A stretch of DNA of 64,000 nt, from the NCBI GenBank assembly GCA_965224435.1, contig OZ245048.1:1724511-1788510 (forward strand), given 5' to 3'. Below are positions 61,941 to 64,000 of the stretch, piece after piece. Made by a program: the position numbers and the translations under genes. Source of the stretch: Acidimicrobiales bacterium (GTDB lineage Bacteria; Actinomycetota; Acidimicrobiia; Acidimicrobiales; SZUA-35). Numbering within the stretch: the stretch's first letter is position 1; every line of letters begins with the position of its first letter. The notes under the pieces are model-generated. The model saw only the letters and a list, made by a program, of their open reading frames with translations, did no database searches and was not told where the DNA came from.

Positions 61941-62874
61941 GAGGCTGAGCGGTAGTGAAGGACAACATGAGCAAGGTCAAAACTGCTGCTCCAACCCCGG
62001 CTGCTACCGACGCCAAGAGGGACTGCCGACTGGGAGAATGGATCTGAGCTGGTTGCAGGAAGATGTAGGCCGAACCAGTCGAAGCAATCTCGCTCTGGAG
62101 CTCTTGCTGTTCGGACCGTCGAGCGTTCAGCTGGTCGCTCACGGCGTGAAGATCTGAGCGAAGGCGAATCTGAGCAGACTCTTCAGTCGCCGCCGACAAT
62201 TCAGCTTCCCTGGTGATCTGTTGCTCTTCAAGTTTAGCAATGGCGGATTCAAGGGGAGCAAGGTCAACGCTCAGCCCGTGGCGGCGATCAGCCTGGGAGT
62301 GTTGCATCAACACAGCTGCTCCGAAAGCAGCCAACTCTTCTGCGGCTTCAGAGGTCTTTGCTGTTGCTACCAGTTGGAGCACCGAGAGATCAGAGGATGG
62401 ATCAACTCGAAGTGAGATCGCGTCGTCGGGGTTTGGGAGGGCTGCTGCTGCCTCGCTGAGAACGGCTGGGTCGGCCAAGATGGTGTCGGCCAGGTCATGG
62501 GAGGCGCGAAAGAAGGGCCAATGGATCTCGTTCTCATCAAGGATGAGTGGGGCGACAGCCTCGGGGTCGCTGGCGTTGATTCGGTTGATGGAGAATGCGG
62601 CGATGCCAACGGCCACTCCCACCAGGAGAGCGACGAGAGATAATGCGCGGCCAGTGAGTCGGGTGGTTGGCGTCTTTGGGGGTTTCTCAGACTGCTTGGG
62701 CACGGTGGAAGTCACTACCCGTTGCGGGTCAGTTCGCCTGGCCTGGGCATGGGTTTTCTCTTGAACCTTGACCGGAGACTTGCCCGCGGTTGCCTGCTTG
62801 CCCGCGGTTGCCTGCTTGCCCGCCGGCTGTTTGGTCCTGGGGCCTGTCGCCGCGCTGTGTCGTTCTTTAGTCAT
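61930..62874 (-). CDS. Wzz-like chain-length determinant without kinase domain
   Basis: Has a basic N-terminal tail with KQATAG repeats and a TM 'ALSLVALLVGVAVGIAAFSI'. An ectodomain with coiled-coil character and a C-terminal TM 'LLASVAAGVGAAVLTLLMLSF' follow. It overlaps the downstream Wzy-like gene by 11 nt. Confidence 0.6.
   Translation of the reverse strand: MTKERHSAATGPRTKQPAGKQATAGKQATAGKSPVKVQEKTHAQARRTDPQRVVTSTVPKQSEKPPKTPTTRLTGRALSLVALLVGVAVGIAAFSINRINASDPEAVAPLILDENEIHWPFFRASHDLADTILADPAVLSEAAAALPNPDDAISLRVDPSSDLSVLQLVATAKTSEAAEELAAFGAAVLMQHSQADRRHGLSVDLAPLESAIAKLEEQQITREAELSAATEESAQIRLRSDLHAVSDQLNARRSEQQELQSEIASTGSAYIFLQPAQIHSPSRQSLLASVAAGVGAAVLTLLMLSFTTAQPRDD
62779..62826 (-). 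repeat. 18-bp in-frame tandem repeat (2 copies plus a partial third)
   Basis: On the plus strand 'cttgcccgcggttgcctg' occurs twice and is followed by 'cttgcccgccgg'. It encodes AGKQATAGKQATAGK. Confidence 0.9.
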
Positions 62875-63305
62875 CGTTGCTCTGTAACCATCGTCGCTCC
62901 GTAGTCATCGCCGGATAAACGTTATCGCGTGGCTTGTAGCCAAAGGACCCGGTTAGCCAAGCAGAACTGCCCGCTACTTAGGTGGGGGTGAAAGGAAAAC
63001 GAGCCCAGCCAACTGGCCGAGTCGTGGCCGGCCGACGTGAGCTAGTAACTCACCGTGCAATTGGAAACCTCTCGACGGTCGGCGTGGCTTGATGTCGGCA
63101 CCGGCGCGTCCGCGGAGGAAGTCGATCGCATGATGAGTAGCGGCACAATAGTTGGCTGATAAAGCACCCGGAGTGGTTGGGCGGGGACTCCCTGGTCTTT
63201 TTGGCTAGGCATATCAACACATTTACCCTTGAAGTCCTGAATTGGAGTTCGAGTATGCTGTAGGTTGTGCGAAGGCAGTTTGTGGTCCTTCGGGAAGGGT
63301 GAATC

Positions 63306-63620
63306 ATGAGAAAAATGATTGTGGCAGCAGGTTTAGTCGCCGGGTTAACCGGCGGATTCATAGGTGTGGCGGGTGCTCAAGTTCCGTATCCGGACGACAC
63401 TCCGAACCCTGATTCGGTAGATCCTGACGTTCTCCCAGAGGAATCGACTGACCCGGCCGTGGTTGAGTCAGCGGGAACGCCTGGTGTTGAAGTCAAGGGC
63501 AAACAACAGCTTCCCGTGACCGGAACCGATGCTGCAGGTCTGGCCGCCATTGGCGCCATCCTCGTCGGTGGTGGAGCAGTCCTGGTGTGGCGCTCCAAGG
63601 GTGCAGAAGTCGAGGCGTAG
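63306..63620 (+). CDS. small LPXTG cell-wall-anchored protein
   Basis: Has a signal peptide 'MRKMIVAAGLVAGLTGGFIGVAGA' and an acidic Pro-rich ~50-aa segment. The sorting signal is 'LPVTG' plus the hydrophobic 'LAAIGAILVGGGAVLVW' plus the basic 'RSK'. Confidence 0.8.
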   Translation: MRKMIVAAGLVAGLTGGFIGVAGAQVPYPDDTPNPDSVDPDVLPEESTDPAVVESAGTPGVEVKGKQQLPVTGTDAAGLAAIGAILVGGGAVLVWRSKGAEVEA

Positions 63621-63682
63621 TCCTTCGCCCACAACTTGAGATCTTCGATGATGCCTTCTCCTTGGAGAAGGCATCATCGCGT

Positions 63683-64000
63683 TCAGGCTTGGCGGGTAGC
63701 GCTGAAGAGTTGGGAGAGACCACCTGTTAGTTGGCGCCGTTCTTGGTGCTGGAAACCAGCGTCGGCCAAGAGCTCAAGCATCTGCTCGGTCGGAGGAAGG
63801 TAGGAAACCGAGCGCGGTAGATAGCTGTAGGCATTCTTATCGGACAACAGACCTCCGACGAAGGGCACGACCTTGTTGAAGTAAATGCCATGGCCAAAGG
63901 CTAAGAAACGATTGTCCGGTTGAGAGACGTCCAGTAGCCCGATGCGGCCGCCGGGACGAATGACCCGAGCCAATTCGACGAAGAACACCTCCAGGTCAAC
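63683..64000 (-). CDS. ubiE: UbiE/MenG-type class I SAM-dependent methyltransferase, C-terminal part (N-terminus off the 3' window edge)
   Basis: 'ELARVIRPGGRIGLLDVSQP...FYFNKVVPFVGGLLSDKNAYSYLPRSVSYLP...LLADAGF' matches the C-terminal half of demethylmenaquinone/ubiquinone methyltransferases. The frame stays open to position 64000. Confidence 0.75.
   Translation of the reverse strand, partial: VDLEVFFVELARVIRPGGRIGLLDVSQPDNRFLAFGHGIYFNKVVPFVGGLLSDKNAYSYLPRSVSYLPPTEQMLELLADAGFQHQERRQLTGGLSQLFSATRQA

Noticed and set aside
10609-62874. The glycan locus as a horizontally acquired genomic island or mobile element.
   Set aside because: No integrase, transposase, flanking tRNA, direct repeats or obvious compositional break is visible by eye. 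I cannot support mobility without computing GC and codon statistics.
62875-63305. A riboswitch or structured ncRNA in the long intergenic region, and the 103-aa ORF at 63050..63361.
   Set aside because: I could not match any riboswitch consensus (c-di-GMP, SAM, TPP and others) by eye. The ORF overlaps the LPXTG gene start and has no SD or motif. The region is left as unexplained non-coding sequence rather than called.

Overview
This is a moderately high-GC chromosomal window of actinobacterial type. That assignment is inferred from a Bpa/PafE-like proteasome activator, the DksA-like/lspA/rluD...dnaE gene order, frequent GTG/TTG starts and 4-nt gene overlaps, and an LPXTG substrate. Positions 1 to about 10.5 kb are housekeeping: a TraR/DksA-like fragment, LspA, an RluD-like pseudouridine synthase, a nitroreductase, an Rrf2 regulator, an alkaline-phosphatase-family protein, Bpa, one orphan ORF, a secreted CAP+DUF4214 protein and DnaE. 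From about 10.6 to 62.9 kb the window is one almost uninterrupted surface-glycan biosynthesis super-locus. It contains 3 MOP-type flippases, 4 Wzy_C/O-antigen-ligase-family membrane proteins and 4 Wzz-type chain-length proteins. Of the Wzz-type proteins, 2 carry canonical BY-kinase domains, 1 has a degenerate P-loop and a Ser/Lys-rich tail instead of a Tyr cluster, and 1 has no kinase. The locus also holds 2 polyprenyl-phosphate sugar phosphotransferases, about 12 glycosyltransferases (GT2, GT4/GT1, GT26), 3 sulfotransferases, a methyltransferase and a CDP-6-deoxyhexose pathway (RfbF, RfbG, an RmlC-like epimerase, a COG4091-like oxidoreductase and a CDP-paratose-2-epimerase-like SDR). A nucleotide-sugar dehydrogenase, 3 paralogous right-handed beta-helix exoproteins, a BNR/Asp-box lipoprotein, a DUF4012-like protein and a 680-aa HAD-like orphan complete it. 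The window ends with a tiny LPXTG protein and a truncated UbiE/MenG-type methyltransferase. I found no rRNA, tRNA, CRISPR array, transposase or integrase. The most interesting signals are the embedded sulfotransferase trio (a predicted sulfated bacterial polysaccharide), the pseudo-BY-kinase and the duplicated BY-kinase/Wzy cassettes. Others are the non-canonical CDP-sugar branch, the beta-helix triad, and a recurring pattern of short tandem duplications at gene boundaries and in-frame inside genes. All family assignments come from reading motifs in the supplied translations. No database search was run.
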